This document shows, in pieces, positions 49,231-58,751 of a stretch of DNA of 64,000 nucleotides (within the stretch, counting starts at the first letter, position 1; every line of letters begins with the position of its first letter). Origin of the DNA: Minisyncoccota bacterium (GTDB taxonomy: Bacteria > Patescibacteriota > Minisyncoccia > Phycocordibacterales > PALSA-1337); the NCBI GenBank assembly GCA_041665385.1, contig JBAYIX010000002.1, positions 50,932 to 114,931 on the forward strand. The letters run 5' to 3'. The notes beneath the pieces are model-generated. The model did no database searches, was not told the origin of the DNA, and saw only the letters and a program-made list of their open reading frames with translations. The position numbers were made by a program, and so were the translations under genes.

Positions 49231-50142
49231 TTATTGTTTTTTTTGGAGTATTCGTAATTTTGCACTGCGAGATCTCGGATTTTCCGCTACTTCCTGTGCC
49301 CCGGCGCGGATGGGTTTCTTTGTGATTTTTGCACCATCTTCACTTTCCTTGCTTCTAAAAAATTCTTTCACTATCCGATCTTCCAAGCTATGAAAAGAAA
49401 TCACTGCTATTTTGCCTTCCTTTCCCAGTCTGGAATACCCTTTTGCCAAGCCTTCACGGAGAGCGTTCAGTTCATCGTTCACTGCTATTCGCAAAGCCTG
49501 AAATGTCTTTGTCGCCGGATGGATCTTCGGCTTACGAAACATTCTCGGCATCGAACCCTTCACTATTTCCGCCAATTCCATGGAAGTCTCTATCGGCTTC
49601 TTGGTGCGGTACTCTACTATCCTTCTTGCGACCCTTCTCGCGTATCGCTCTTCACCGTAACCAAAGATGACATTTGCTATATCTTCCTCTTTCCAACCGT
49701 TCACTATATCGAGAGCGGTGAAAGGTTGTTTATCCGGATTCCCATATGTCATGTGGAGCGGCTCATCTTTCTGGAATGTGAATCCTCTACCACTATTCTC
49801 GAGTTCGTCTGACGAAAGCCCGAGGTCGAGGAGGATCATGTCCGCCGTCTCTATGCCACTCTGGCTCATGACTTTGTCTAGGTTCCGGAAATTCTCATTT
49901 ACCAATACCAGACGATCGCATTTGCCAGTGAGGAGCTCTTTCGCTCTCTCTATGGCTGTCTCATCTTGGTCGAGTCCGAGAATATTTACCTTGCTATCAA
50001 ACGCTTCCGCAATCGCCAGAGCATGTCCGGCTCCGCCGAGCGTACCATCTATGTACCAGAGGTTTTCTCCTTCTCTCATACGAGCCTCCTTGAAATCTTT
50101 CACTATCTCATGTAAAAGTACGGATTTGTGTATGCTATGCAT
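49231..50142 (-). CDS. rsmH: 16S rRNA m4C1402 methyltransferase
   Basis: DGTLGGAGHA, DLGLSS, FQALRIAVN, NPRSRSAKLR. Confidence 0.97.
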   Translation of the reverse strand: MHSIHKSVLLHEIVKDFKEARMREGENLWYIDGTLGGAGHALAIAEAFDSKVNILGLDQDETAIERAKELLTGKCDRLVLVNENFRNLDKVMSQSGIETADMILLDLGLSSDELENSGRGFTFQKDEPLHMTYGNPDKQPFTALDIVNGWKEEDIANVIFGYGEERYARRVARRIVEYRTKKPIETSMELAEIVKGSMPRMFRKPKIHPATKTFQALRIAVNDELNALREGLAKGYSRLGKEGKIAVISFHSLEDRIVKEFFRSKESEDGAKITKKPIRAGAQEVAENPRSRSAKLRILQKKQ

Positions 50143-50148
50143 GAGGAG

Positions 50149-50619
50149 TTATATGATACCGACGGATGCGAGGCGTTCCGCCATGACATCTGTCTTCTTG
50201 CCAAACTCGGTCCGATACGAGAGCCAAGTTTCGCTATTCCATATCTCCACCCTGTTCATGACACCGATGATCGTCGCCTTTGCCGCTGATGTGGCCTCGG
50301 AAGACCGAGGACTCAAGTTCGCGTACTCGAGCAAATGATCCGGTATGAGCATACGTCCAGTACCATCAACCTCCACCTCAACCGCTCGGCCAATTACCAA
50401 ACGGTTGAAGTTTCGATTGTCCGCCTGCAACACCGAGGAACTATCCGGACGAGACAAGCGCTCCGCAAAATCCTTCCATCCCTTCATAGTGAAAACAAAT
50501 AAACAGTTATCAATACCCGGAGCTATGACTACGCTCTGCCCCATTTCCTTGCGAAATTTGGCAGGAAGGGATATCCGACTCTTGTCATCGAACGTATGTT
50601 GATATTCTCCGATGAGCAT
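50149..50619 (-). CDS. mraZ: Transcriptional regulator MraZ
   Basis: GEYQHTFDDKSR, DGTGRMLIP, RVEIW. Confidence 0.96.
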   Translation of the reverse strand: MLIGEYQHTFDDKSRISLPAKFRKEMGQSVVIAPGIDNCLFVFTMKGWKDFAERLSRPDSSSVLQADNRNFNRLVIGRAVEVEVDGTGRMLIPDHLLEYANLSPRSSEATSAAKATIIGVMNRVEIWNSETWLSYRTEFGKKTDVMAERLASVGII

Positions 50620-50685
50620 ATGTTTGCGGGTTTGAAGTATTAGAGAAATTTAGGTGCTGTGGCACGAAAGTTTGTATAACACTTC

Positions 50686-50735
50686 TTCCCACTTAGATAC
50701 CATTCTACACCACTTCATGCTATCCACACCACACA
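50686..50735 (-). promoter_or_regulatory. MraZ-binding repeats (GTGG, roughly 10-bp phased) with adjacent DnaA-box-like site
   Basis: CCAC/CCAT at 50689, 50700, 50710, 50724 and 50729; TGTGGATAA at ~50742. Confidence 0.6.
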
Positions 50736-50900
50736 TAGGCCTGTGGATAACTCCTTTGAGCTTGGTAAATCAGCCCTTTGCCACTTGACAAAGCACTCCA
50801 GATCTGCTAGTGTGCGTATAGATTTGCTGCTTTGGCAATCACATAAACAGTAACAACAGCCTGCAAAAACGCAGAGAAACAACACAGAAGGAGTCCTTGT

Positions 50901-52679
50901 ATGAATAACAGTCCTCTACCTCTACCAGAAGTCGAGTTCGATGCGAAACAAACAGCGCTCATGTGCAAGCTCGAACCTGAAACCGACCAGTGTCGGTTGG
51001 AGATCAAGAACGAATTAGATGAGGTCATCTGGGAAAATCAGGGCGTTTCGGTACAAGTTCCGAAATGCATGTTGGTTCCAGTCAGACTTTCGGGTCTGAG
51101 CATCAACCCGAATCTTCGTGAGAAGATCCGACCCGGCACAACGTTCGTGGCCACAGTCAGGGCAACTATTAAGTTTCGACCCCAAGTCGACAGCGCGCCG
51201 GCGATCACAAAATTCCAGCTAACGCGGGAACAAGCGATCGCCCTCGGCGGACCTGACGTGCCTGAAGAGAAGCCTACACAACCCGAGGAGAAGCCGACAG
51301 ATAAACTGGAGACCCTCCAGCAAGTTATCGACCTCGCTTTCCTGCAGACCGCGGAACTCAACAAAAGTCTATCGATGGTCGTCGAAAGAGCGGAAAAGAA
51401 AGAAGCCGACCAACACACACTCGATCAGACCGTGAGTGGACTGTCCACGACAGTAGCGGGATTTGGTGACAAGCTAACGGGTTTTGAAAAAGCCCTCGGC
51501 GAGACCACGAGTTCCGTGACAGCGTTGACAGGTTCCTTCGACACACTGAACCAGAACACTACTGCGAAGCTCGACGCGGGTCAAAAGACCGTTGAAGAGT
51601 TTCTCAGCAAGCGTTCTGCCGCTGATCTGGAAATCCTCAAAAAAGTTGAGGAACAGAACGCGCGATTCGGACAACTCGAAGCCGTCGATACGGCACTGGC
51701 AAATCGAATGGACACTCTGGAGGGTGAATGGAAGAAACTCAACAGTGAAGTTGAGAGCAGGATCGCCGCTCTGAACAAGAACGCCGCAACCATCCCACCA
51801 GAAGTACTGGCAGATACGGAGAAGAGGCTCGCCGACATCATGTCAAAGAAAGTCGAAGCGATGGAAAAATCGCTCCGGGGCGACTTCGTCCCTCAACAGC
51901 TGTACATCCAGACATTGAAGAATGACATGGAGAAGTTTGAAGCTCTCCGCGTCGCTCTCGCAAGGTTGCAGACTGCGCCTCCTCCGGCACCCACAAAGGC
52001 GGAAGAGACTCCAGACGACAAAAAGGACGGAGGGAAAGGGTCTGACAAAAATGAGACTCCGCCTCCGGCCCCCACGAAATCTGGTCCGGACAAAGCTCTC
52101 GAAGCTGTCAAAAACAATGCGGCTCCGATCATCGCCATCCTTCTCATCGCCTTACTTGCTCTCCTGGCCTTCAACAGCTTTGGGAACAAGAAAATGGCCG
52201 CCGACAACCAACCTCAACCTCCTTCACAGGAGGCGAAGGTAGGAACACCGGCGATTCCGGTACCACAAGCTCCGACACCCGCTCCAGAAATGAAGCAAGT
52301 GAACGACGGCCCTTCGAGTGAGACGTTGAAAGCGATGCTCGCCGGGCAAATGGATCGAGCGAACACCATTCAGTTGAATCTGGAGGGTGTCACGAACGAC
52401 AAAAATGTTTTGCGGGATGCTGTCATCCACATCGCAAAACAGCCTCGGTCCAAGATCGACATCAGAGGCGGTGTCGGCGCAGGTAGCGTAGTTGCTATCA
52501 GTGAGTCGGGCTCAAGGCAGGATCTCAGATCCTCTCCGCCAGTCGGTCCCATGATCCAGGAAGTCAGTTTCGATGACGACCGCCGTACGCAGTACGTGCG
52601 GAACGAGCGATCCGCCCACAACATGCAAAACGCTCAAAACGCTGAAGTGGCTTCAATCGTTTACGGCCCGAGCTACTAA
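50901..52679 (+). CDS. Coiled-coil membrane protein with Pro-rich linkers
   Basis: SD AAGGAG; long heptad region; PPPAPTK twice; one TM. Confidence 0.7.
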   Translation: MNNSPLPLPEVEFDAKQTALMCKLEPETDQCRLEIKNELDEVIWENQGVSVQVPKCMLVPVRLSGLSINPNLREKIRPGTTFVATVRATIKFRPQVDSAPAITKFQLTREQAIALGGPDVPEEKPTQPEEKPTDKLETLQQVIDLAFLQTAELNKSLSMVVERAEKKEADQHTLDQTVSGLSTTVAGFGDKLTGFEKALGETTSSVTALTGSFDTLNQNTTAKLDAGQKTVEEFLSKRSAADLEILKKVEEQNARFGQLEAVDTALANRMDTLEGEWKKLNSEVESRIAALNKNAATIPPEVLADTEKRLADIMSKKVEAMEKSLRGDFVPQQLYIQTLKNDMEKFEALRVALARLQTAPPPAPTKAEETPDDKKDGGKGSDKNETPPPAPTKSGPDKALEAVKNNAAPIIAILLIALLALLAFNSFGNKKMAADNQPQPPSQEAKVGTPAIPVPQAPTPAPEMKQVNDGPSSETLKAMLAGQMDRANTIQLNLEGVTNDKNVLRDAVIHIAKQPRSKIDIRGGVGAGSVVAISESGSRQDLRSSPPVGPMIQEVSFDDDRRTQYVRNERSAHNMQNAQNAEVASIVYGPSY

Positions 52680-52761
52680 AGTTGTTTGAACTGAACATGT
52701 GTGAACCAATCACGGGCACCGAAGATCTTCTTCGGTGCCTTTTTCATATGCAGATACGTTT

Positions 52762-52920
52762 CCCCCACCCAGCACAGGAAGAAGAATCCGAGGGACGTTT
52801 CGGAGGCCGGTTCGCCTCCGTAGCTTTAGCGAAGGAGGGCGAGGCGGCCGAGAACCAGCCGCTCTGCCAGCAGGCAGAGACGGCGTGTCCCGAGGAACTT
52901 CTTCGTGTGCTGGGTGGGGG
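52762..52920. repeat. Three-way-junction palindromic element B1
   Basis: Outer arms CCCCCACCCAGCACA/TGTGCTGGGTGGGGG; two inner hairpins; junction motifs shared with B2. Confidence 0.8.
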
Positions 52921-52984
52921 GCAGTGGCTATTGAACTTATATACCCCCATAGACAAAAAGGTGGCTATGTTATACTATATTTAC

Positions 52985-53488
52985 ATGAACAAAACACCTT
53001 ATATCGCTTACGCCCTCGCGGGCATACTCGCTGTCGGTGGCGCAATAGCGCTCACTGCAGTACTTAACAGCCCTGATACTAGCCCGGTCGAAGGCGAAAT
53101 AGCCACTTCCAGACAAGGAATGACAAATGCCGCCCTTGCTATCCAGAGCATAGACCTCGGAATTCCACAGAATATCCGCTGGAGCGTATCCGACTTCCCT
53201 TCAGAGTTTGTAAAGATTTCCATTATACGCAAAACGGCTTCAAACCCCGACACATACGAACTCGTCCGTACAGTATCTGACAAAACTCCCAATGACGGCG
53301 TGGCAACCTGGGTACCGACCGAAGGAGATGTCGGCACAGACATGCTCGCCGAAGTGGGATGCACAGAGTCTACCGAAGCCTGCAGTCCTTCCGTATCACG
53401 ATCCAAGATCGCTGTGAATTACTCACGAGACAACCTCAATACCGCTGCCCTCTACCAAGCAATAGAGCAAAAAAATAACAACAAATAA
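52985..53488 (+). CDS. Hypothetical membrane-anchored protein (Ig-like)
   Basis: Start at MNKTPY after TATACT; N-terminal TM; I.W...NDG..TW. Confidence 0.65.
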   Translation: MNKTPYIAYALAGILAVGGAIALTAVLNSPDTSPVEGEIATSRQGMTNAALAIQSIDLGIPQNIRWSVSDFPSEFVKISIIRKTASNPDTYELVRTVSDKTPNDGVATWVPTEGDVGTDMLAEVGCTESTEACSPSVSRSKIAVNYSRDNLNTAALYQAIEQKNNNK

Positions 53489-54804
53489 CCCAAGAATGGC
53501 AGACCTAGACGTTTCCTAGCTGTCTCACCTTTTAACAAATGATTCCTGCGTTCCGAATTATCGGCGCGGGAATTTTTGTGTGCGGGTTCATGGATGGCTC
53601 TCGCAGAAGAAGCCAGGAAAATAGTATGCTTGCCGTAGCGACGGTCTATCTTGTCCATTGCTTCCAGGACCTTGTGCGTACTACCTATCTTGTCCGCATT
53701 GCCAAAGAGGTCTATAGTCTCGGCATTCTCATGATCCAGATCCATAAGCACGATGCCAGTAGCACGATATGGTACTTGCAATTTGTAGACCAGGTGCAGT
53801 TTCTCAAGGATGAGAGAGATGATGGCCTGTGGAGCAGATACAGACTGAGGGAGTTTTATTTCCAAACCATGGTAATAGAAATCCTGCGTCTTCAGAAAAA
53901 AAGCTATGCGCCGAGTAAAGAGACTATGCCTACGGAGCTTGATGCAGGCATTCTCGATATTTTTGGACAGCTGAGAAAAGACAAATTCTCGGTTGGTAGA
54001 AGGTGGGGTAAAAGTCCTAGTCTTACTTATCGATGCATAGTCGTGCTTTTGACCCAAGGTGAGCGGATATACGAACTCTCCATTGAGCTCGCGATGTATT
54101 TCTTGAAATGGTTTGCTCAAGTGTCCACTCACCCATTCCGGACTCTGTATGGCAAAGTCGAGAGCACTTACAAAACTTTCGGATGAAGAGGGTTTGATTA
54201 TTTTTTGAAGATAAGCAGAAGTGTTGGGACCAATACCCCAGATCTTACCTACAGGTAACTTCGCTAAGTAGAGGTGCATATTCTTCCCCGGAATGATGGT
54301 GAGCCCATCAGGTTTGCGCCATTTCGAACCTACCTTTGCCATGACTTTATTTAGTGAAAGTCCGACAGAAAATGTCATACCGAGCTCGGTACATAGTTCG
54401 TGCTGTATCTTTATGGCCATATCCTCGTATGACAAATGATTTGCCCGTCTCATACCTGTCAGATCGGCGAAACATTCATCTATGCTGTATTCTTCGACGG
54501 CTTCGGTGTAGCGACGAACTATTTTGTACATTCTTTCGGAGTAGAGACTATAGGTCTCATAGTCAGAAGGTAATATTATGACGTCAGGGCAGATCTTCCG
54601 TATTTCTGAAAGTTTCATCGCCCGTCGCACGCCTCGAGCGCGTGCCTCATAACTCATGGAAGATGCTATGCCACGTTCTTTACCTGTGACTACTGGTTTT
54701 CCTTTCAAAGCAGGATTCTTGGCGACCTCGCAGGATGCAAAAAATGAATCCCCATCAATATGAAGTATCGCGCGCGGAAAGGAGTGGTGAGTGAGTATTG
54801 GCAT
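53452..54804 (-). CDS. dinB: DNA polymerase IV / Y-family
   Basis: ILHIDGDSFFAS, SYEAR, YSIDE, IWGIG. Confidence 0.95.
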   Translation of the reverse strand: MPILTHHSFPRAILHIDGDSFFASCEVAKNPALKGKPVVTGKERGIASSMSYEARARGVRRAMKLSEIRKICPDVIILPSDYETYSLYSERMYKIVRRYTEAVEEYSIDECFADLTGMRRANHLSYEDMAIKIQHELCTELGMTFSVGLSLNKVMAKVGSKWRKPDGLTIIPGKNMHLYLAKLPVGKIWGIGPNTSAYLQKIIKPSSSESFVSALDFAIQSPEWVSGHLSKPFQEIHRELNGEFVYPLTLGQKHDYASISKTRTFTPPSTNREFVFSQLSKNIENACIKLRRHSLFTRRIAFFLKTQDFYYHGLEIKLPQSVSAPQAIISLILEKLHLVYKLQVPYRATGIVLMDLDHENAETIDLFGNADKIGSTHKVLEAMDKIDRRYGKHTIFLASSARAIHEPAHKNSRADNSERRNHLLKGETARKRLGLPFLGYLLLFFCSIAW

Positions 54805-54824
54805 AATTTTATTATAGTAACTAA

Positions 54825-54997
54825 GCGTTCAGGTCCTACGTGCGGTGGAGGGACATTTGGAGTCCGAGCCGGATACAGCGTATCTGCATTATCATTACAA
54901 GGCTCGGACGAAACTAGCTCAAAATCCGCAACAGGCGTTCTATGAGCAGTTGCGGATTTTGAGCGTGTCCCGGAATCCGCACGTAGGACCTGAACGC
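54825..54997. repeat. Three-way-junction palindromic element B2, flanked by a 12-bp direct repeat
   Basis: 21-bp arms GCGTTCAGGTCCTACGTGCGG; TATAGTAACTAA at 54813-54824 and 55006-55017. Confidence 0.85.
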
Positions 54998-55013
54998 GCT
55001 AGATATATAGTAA

Positions 55014-55583
55014 CTAATATTTCCTAACCACCCCCTTCACCACTGCGGCAACCTTCATATCATTCTCCGGATAGATAAGATCATACTTGGGATTTGCAGG
55101 CTCCAAATACACCTGACTGCCGCGTCGACGAAAATACTTCATGGTCCAGCCTCCATCTACTTCTGCTATGACTATTTCCCCGATCTTGGGTTCGCGCGCG
55201 ATACGCTCTGCTATGACGAGATCGCCTTCTTGGATGCCGGCATCTATCATGGAGTCACCTTTTACTTCTAGTAGGTATGTCGCTTCTTTGTTCTCTATGA
55301 GGTATTCATCGAGACTCATGGTATCTACCAGTTCTTCTTCTGCCGCAGTAGGAAAACCTGCTTCTACCAGACCGAGGAGACGAGTCTCACCAAAGAGTTT
55401 GTTCGGTATGAGCTTGCCTTGAGAATCCTTACTCACAAAACCACCTTCGACGAGCTTGTTCACGAGTTTGTATACAGAGTTCTTGGACTTGAAACCGAGG
55501 AGCTTCATGATCTCGGCATAGCCGGGCATACGCTTGTGATCGCGGTAGAAGTTTAGGATTTTGTTTTTATAAGAATCGAACAT
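55014..55583 (-). CDS. lexA: LexA-family repressor (HTH + S24 peptidase)
   Basis: N-terminal HTH, AG cleavage site (EAGFP), GDSM catalytic Ser, TMK catalytic Lys. Confidence 0.9.
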   Translation of the reverse strand: MFDSYKNKILNFYRDHKRMPGYAEIMKLLGFKSKNSVYKLVNKLVEGGFVSKDSQGKLIPNKLFGETRLLGLVEAGFPTAAEEELVDTMSLDEYLIENKEATYLLEVKGDSMIDAGIQEGDLVIAERIAREPKIGEIVIAEVDGGWTMKYFRRRGSQVYLEPANPKYDLIYPENDMKVAAVVKGVVRKY

Positions 55584-55590
55584 GGGGGAA

Positions 55591-55623
55591 AAATTATGAA
55601 TTATGAATTATGAATTATGAATT
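55591..55623. repeat. Heptamer tandem repeat (AATTATG)x4
   Basis: AAATTATGAATTATGAATTATGAATTATGAATT. Confidence 0.9.
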
Positions 55624-55632
55624 TTTGAAAGT

Positions 55633-55839
55633 CTAGAAAAGGAACATAGAAGCGAAACTGAGAGAGCGAGATAACCAGGCCAAGGTGCTCGGGCGCAGAC
55701 GGCGGAGCTGTGACATGAGGAACTTGTGCCGGCGGGCTTCCTTGGCATAAGATATACCGCGAATGATCCGGAGGTCGATCTCCTGATTTAGGCGGTCTAT
55801 CTCCTGGCGTATTTCTTTTATTGTCTGGTATCTGCTCAT
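55633..55839 (-). CDS. Small hypothetical protein, first gene of the lexA-dinB unit
   Basis: 68-aa ORF immediately after the promoter/operator. Confidence 0.7.
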   Translation of the reverse strand: MSRYQTIKEIRQEIDRLNQEIDLRIIRGISYAKEARRHKFLMSQLRRLRPSTLAWLSRSLSFASMFLF

Positions 55840-55845
55840 GGATAC

Positions 55846-55874
55846 AGTATAGGTGAACGAGTGTTCACCGTCAA
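55846..55874 (-). promoter_or_regulatory. Promoter with SOS-box-like operator
   Basis: TTGACG-17 nt-TATACT; the spacer holds the palindrome GGTGAAC-GAGT-GTTCACC (GAAC-N4-GTTC). Confidence 0.75.
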
Positions 55875-55899
55875 GAAAAACTGTGGATAACTAGCAGTA

Positions 55900-57585
55900 T
55901 TATTGAAAATATTCTGGCGTATTCGCATCCATCCAATCTAGTTGCTGGCGCATAGCCGCGGCGGCACCGATGAGGTTGTGTACAGAACCGCTCTCCATAA
56001 TTACCACAAATGCATACTTGGGTTTTTCATAGGGCCAAAAGCCAGTGATCCAGGAGTTTACTTTATTCTTACTCACGCCGAGCTCGGCGGTACCGGACTT
56101 GCCGGCAATGTTTGCAAATGGCACATTCAATGCCTTGCTCGTACCCTCGGTAACACTGAGACGCATGCCTTCTTGCACAATGCGAAAATTCTTTTCGGCA
56201 ACATTGAGTATATGGTCAACAGGCAAGACTTCCCCTTTGCGTATGGATGGCGTGAGAAGCACCCCGTTGTTGGCGATAGCGGCGACAGCTCGGACTATCT
56301 GCACAGGTGTCACCTGGAAACCGTACTGACCGATAGCGGTATGATAAGTGTCGCCAATGTACCAATCTTCATCAAAAGTTTTTTTCTTCCATTCAGGCGT
56401 AGGGATGGTGCCCGCCTTGCCATGGACGAAGGAAGGAAGAGTGGATGATCCAAAACTAAATATGCGCAAGTATTTGTCTATATTGAGTATGCCTAGACCT
56501 TTTTGACCCTTGTATCCCCCGCCCACCTGGTAAAAGTACACATCAGAAGATTGCGCTATGGCATGGCGCATATCTATGGGGCCATGATTTTTCCAGTCAC
56601 GAAATAAAGTGGACTTTGTATCATCGTATGGATTTGGGATCGATATGGAACCGTTCGTAACTATGATAGTGGACGGGTCGATGATTTTTTCTTCGAGAAC
56701 GCCTATAGCAACATACGGCTTCACGATGGAACCGGGTGTATACAAGCCATCTACCGCCCGATCCAGGAATGGCAAGGTGCTGTCATTGAGAAGAGCTCTG
56801 ACCTTGGCTGTGTCGGTACGATCCGACATGACTTGTGGACTATATTCCGGGTAGCTAGTGAGAGCAATAATCTCACCATTGGTCACATCCATGATAACCC
56901 CCGCCCCACCTGTAAAGCCCACCCTCTCGGCAATATCCTTTATGTTTGCATAAAGTGCGGACTGTACCCTGCTGTCTATGGAAAGTGTGATATTGCCACC
57001 CTGATCAGGCGGACGGATAGTATTTTCGGATATTATCTTGCCTTGTGCATCCACCTCGACCAAACGCGAGCCATTCGATCCTTGGAGGTCTTGGTTGTAA
57101 TACTTCTCTACACCGTCTATACCTTGAAAATCCTCCTGGTAATAAAAGCCATTAGAATCCTTTGACGGATACTGAACATAGCCGATCACATGAGCGAGAC
57201 CGGTAGTCGTGGCATATTCGCGTACAGAGATGGAATAACGAGCGTCGGCACTAGTCGTAGCGATAGTCGCCTTCGGAGAATTCCAGACCAATAACTTACC
57301 ATTCCTGTCATAGATGACACCTCGACCGGCAAACAATGGCACAGGCCGGAGAATATTCTTTTCACTACGCAGACGGTAGCTCTGGCCGTTTGCGACCTGA
57401 AGTTTCCAGGCCTGTGCGACAAATACTGCCATAATAATAAAAAATATGCCGATCAGGGAGTAGAGCGAAACCTTCGATATGGGCTTTTCTAGACGCCCCT
57501 CGAGCTGGGTGGTATCGTAATCCGGCAAATTACTCGAATCGAGCAGTATCTCTTCGGGATTGATTTCTATGTATTTCTTATTCAC
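55900..57585 (-). CDS. mrdA: Penicillin-binding protein 2
   Basis: GSIVK, SSD, KSGT; follows mreBCD. Confidence 0.9.
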   Translation of the reverse strand: MNKKYIEINPEEILLDSSNLPDYDTTQLEGRLEKPISKVSLYSLIGIFFIIMAVFVAQAWKLQVANGQSYRLRSEKNILRPVPLFAGRGVIYDRNGKLLVWNSPKATIATTSADARYSISVREYATTTGLAHVIGYVQYPSKDSNGFYYQEDFQGIDGVEKYYNQDLQGSNGSRLVEVDAQGKIISENTIRPPDQGGNITLSIDSRVQSALYANIKDIAERVGFTGGAGVIMDVTNGEIIALTSYPEYSPQVMSDRTDTAKVRALLNDSTLPFLDRAVDGLYTPGSIVKPYVAIGVLEEKIIDPSTIIVTNGSISIPNPYDDTKSTLFRDWKNHGPIDMRHAIAQSSDVYFYQVGGGYKGQKGLGILNIDKYLRIFSFGSSTLPSFVHGKAGTIPTPEWKKKTFDEDWYIGDTYHTAIGQYGFQVTPVQIVRAVAAIANNGVLLTPSIRKGEVLPVDHILNVAEKNFRIVQEGMRLSVTEGTSKALNVPFANIAGKSGTAELGVSKNKVNSWITGFWPYEKPKYAFVVIMESGSVHNLIGAAAAMRQQLDWMDANTPEYFQ

Positions 57586-57606
57586 AGAAAAATTGTATCA
57601 CACGGT

Positions 57607-57873
57607 TCACCTGCGAACTATCCTTTTTGCAAAAAATATAACAATGAAAAAGACTGATGTGACAATAGTACCAACATATCCATATATACCTTGAGCTCCG
57701 GCCATACCAAAAAGACTGTCATAAAAAATACCGGCGAGGATAAGCTCGAAATAAAATGGAAAACTCCAAGCTCCAATAAGGAGGACAGGTAAGGCAACAA
57801 ACCACCAACCTTGAATAAGGAAAATTACAACCAAGATATCGGCGAATATCCTATAATAAAAACTTTTTTTCAT
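57607..57873 (-). CDS. MreD-like small membrane protein
   Basis: Hydrophobic; G..YDSL motif; lies between mreC and mrdA. Confidence 0.55.
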   Translation of the reverse strand: MKKSFYYRIFADILVVIFLIQGWWFVALPVLLIGAWSFPFYFELILAGIFYDSLFGMAGAQGIYGYVGTIVTSVFFIVIFFAKRIVRR

Positions 57874-58751
57874 TTTGATATTAGCACCCACCTAGACTGG
57901 AATATATTTACCGGCGGAGAAAAGAGTACAGTCACAAAAGGTTGCGCTGGGTCGCTAATAACAGCATTTACTATGCCAAAGGGCTTGTCCCAAAGCGAAG
58001 GCACGATGACGCTATCACCCTCCTTCACCTGAGCCGACCTAGGCAGCTCTGCAGAATACTGACCTCCGCCTCGACCGACGGCAGTGGCGAGAATATTCCC
58101 TGAGCCAACCAGAACCTGATGTGTCTGCTTTGGCGAGGAATACAACAGCACCTTCGATGTGCGTGACAAAACTTCACTAATGGTGCCTATGAGCACTTGT
58201 TCCGAAGCATAGACGCGGTCCCCAGGAGCAAAACCCATATCCTCACCACCACTCACAACAAACTCATCGTAAGGTGCAAATGGTGGGCGGACCAAAACAG
58301 GTGCAAGTATCTTGCCGGAGGCACGCCTCTCCTCGCTATTGGTTCCGGTCAGACTCGGAGTCGAGGTAGAACTGGAGCTATTTACAAAGATTTGCCTTTC
58401 AGATATGACGCCGATAATATTCGGAGTAGTTTTCGTAATACCAAACAGTGCCTTCAGCTCCTCATTTTCTTTCTCCACCGAAAGAATACTGCCCATCCTC
58501 ATCTCCATATCAGAAAGTCGACGCCTGAGATCTTCATTCTCGGCCACGAGAGAACCCGGCGAACGGAGCGACCCACTCCCTATAGCAAACTCTGCTTGCC
58601 AAAAAGGCGTAGCGATGCTGGAAAATATTCCCGACAGCAGATGTGGCACAAAAAATTGCAGTCCTACGAAAAGAATAAGAAAGAAAATGACAAAAAAAGC
58701 CGCGATCTTTTGACCCATTCTCCTGGGATTTTGAGTTCTATTGATGTACAT
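57870..58751 (-). CDS. mreC: Rod shape-determining protein MreC
   Basis: TM, ENEELKAL coiled coil, beta domain; follows mreB. Confidence 0.88.
   Translation of the reverse strand: MYINRTQNPRRMGQKIAAFFVIFFLILFVGLQFFVPHLLSGIFSSIATPFWQAEFAIGSGSLRSPGSLVAENEDLRRRLSDMEMRMGSILSVEKENEELKALFGITKTTPNIIGVISERQIFVNSSSSTSTPSLTGTNSEERRASGKILAPVLVRPPFAPYDEFVVSGGEDMGFAPGDRVYASEQVLIGTISEVLSRTSKVLLYSSPKQTHQVLVGSGNILATAVGRGGGQYSAELPRSAQVKEGDSVIVPSLWDKPFGIVNAVISDPAQPFVTVLFSPPVNIFQSRWVLISK

Noticed and set aside
52682-52984. N-terminal extensions and ORFs crossing palindromes (also 3077-3403, 7813-9234 5' part, 45474-45710)
   Set aside because: They are open frames through repeats or overlap real genes; better starts exist downstream.
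54845-54975. Canonical hammerhead ribozyme
   Set aside because: GAGTCC...GGACGAAAC and GTC are present, but the essential CUGANGA core is absent; kept only as a novel motif.
55591-55623. (AATTATG)x4 as a phase-variation switch
   Set aside because: It is intergenic and does not alter a frame; a single sequence gives no evidence of length variation.
24138-55890. Replication origin from DnaA-box-like TGTGGATAA sites (~24138, ~33392, ~50742, ~55882)
   Set aside because: Sites are scattered singly or in pairs at promoters, with no cluster and no dnaA/dnaN.
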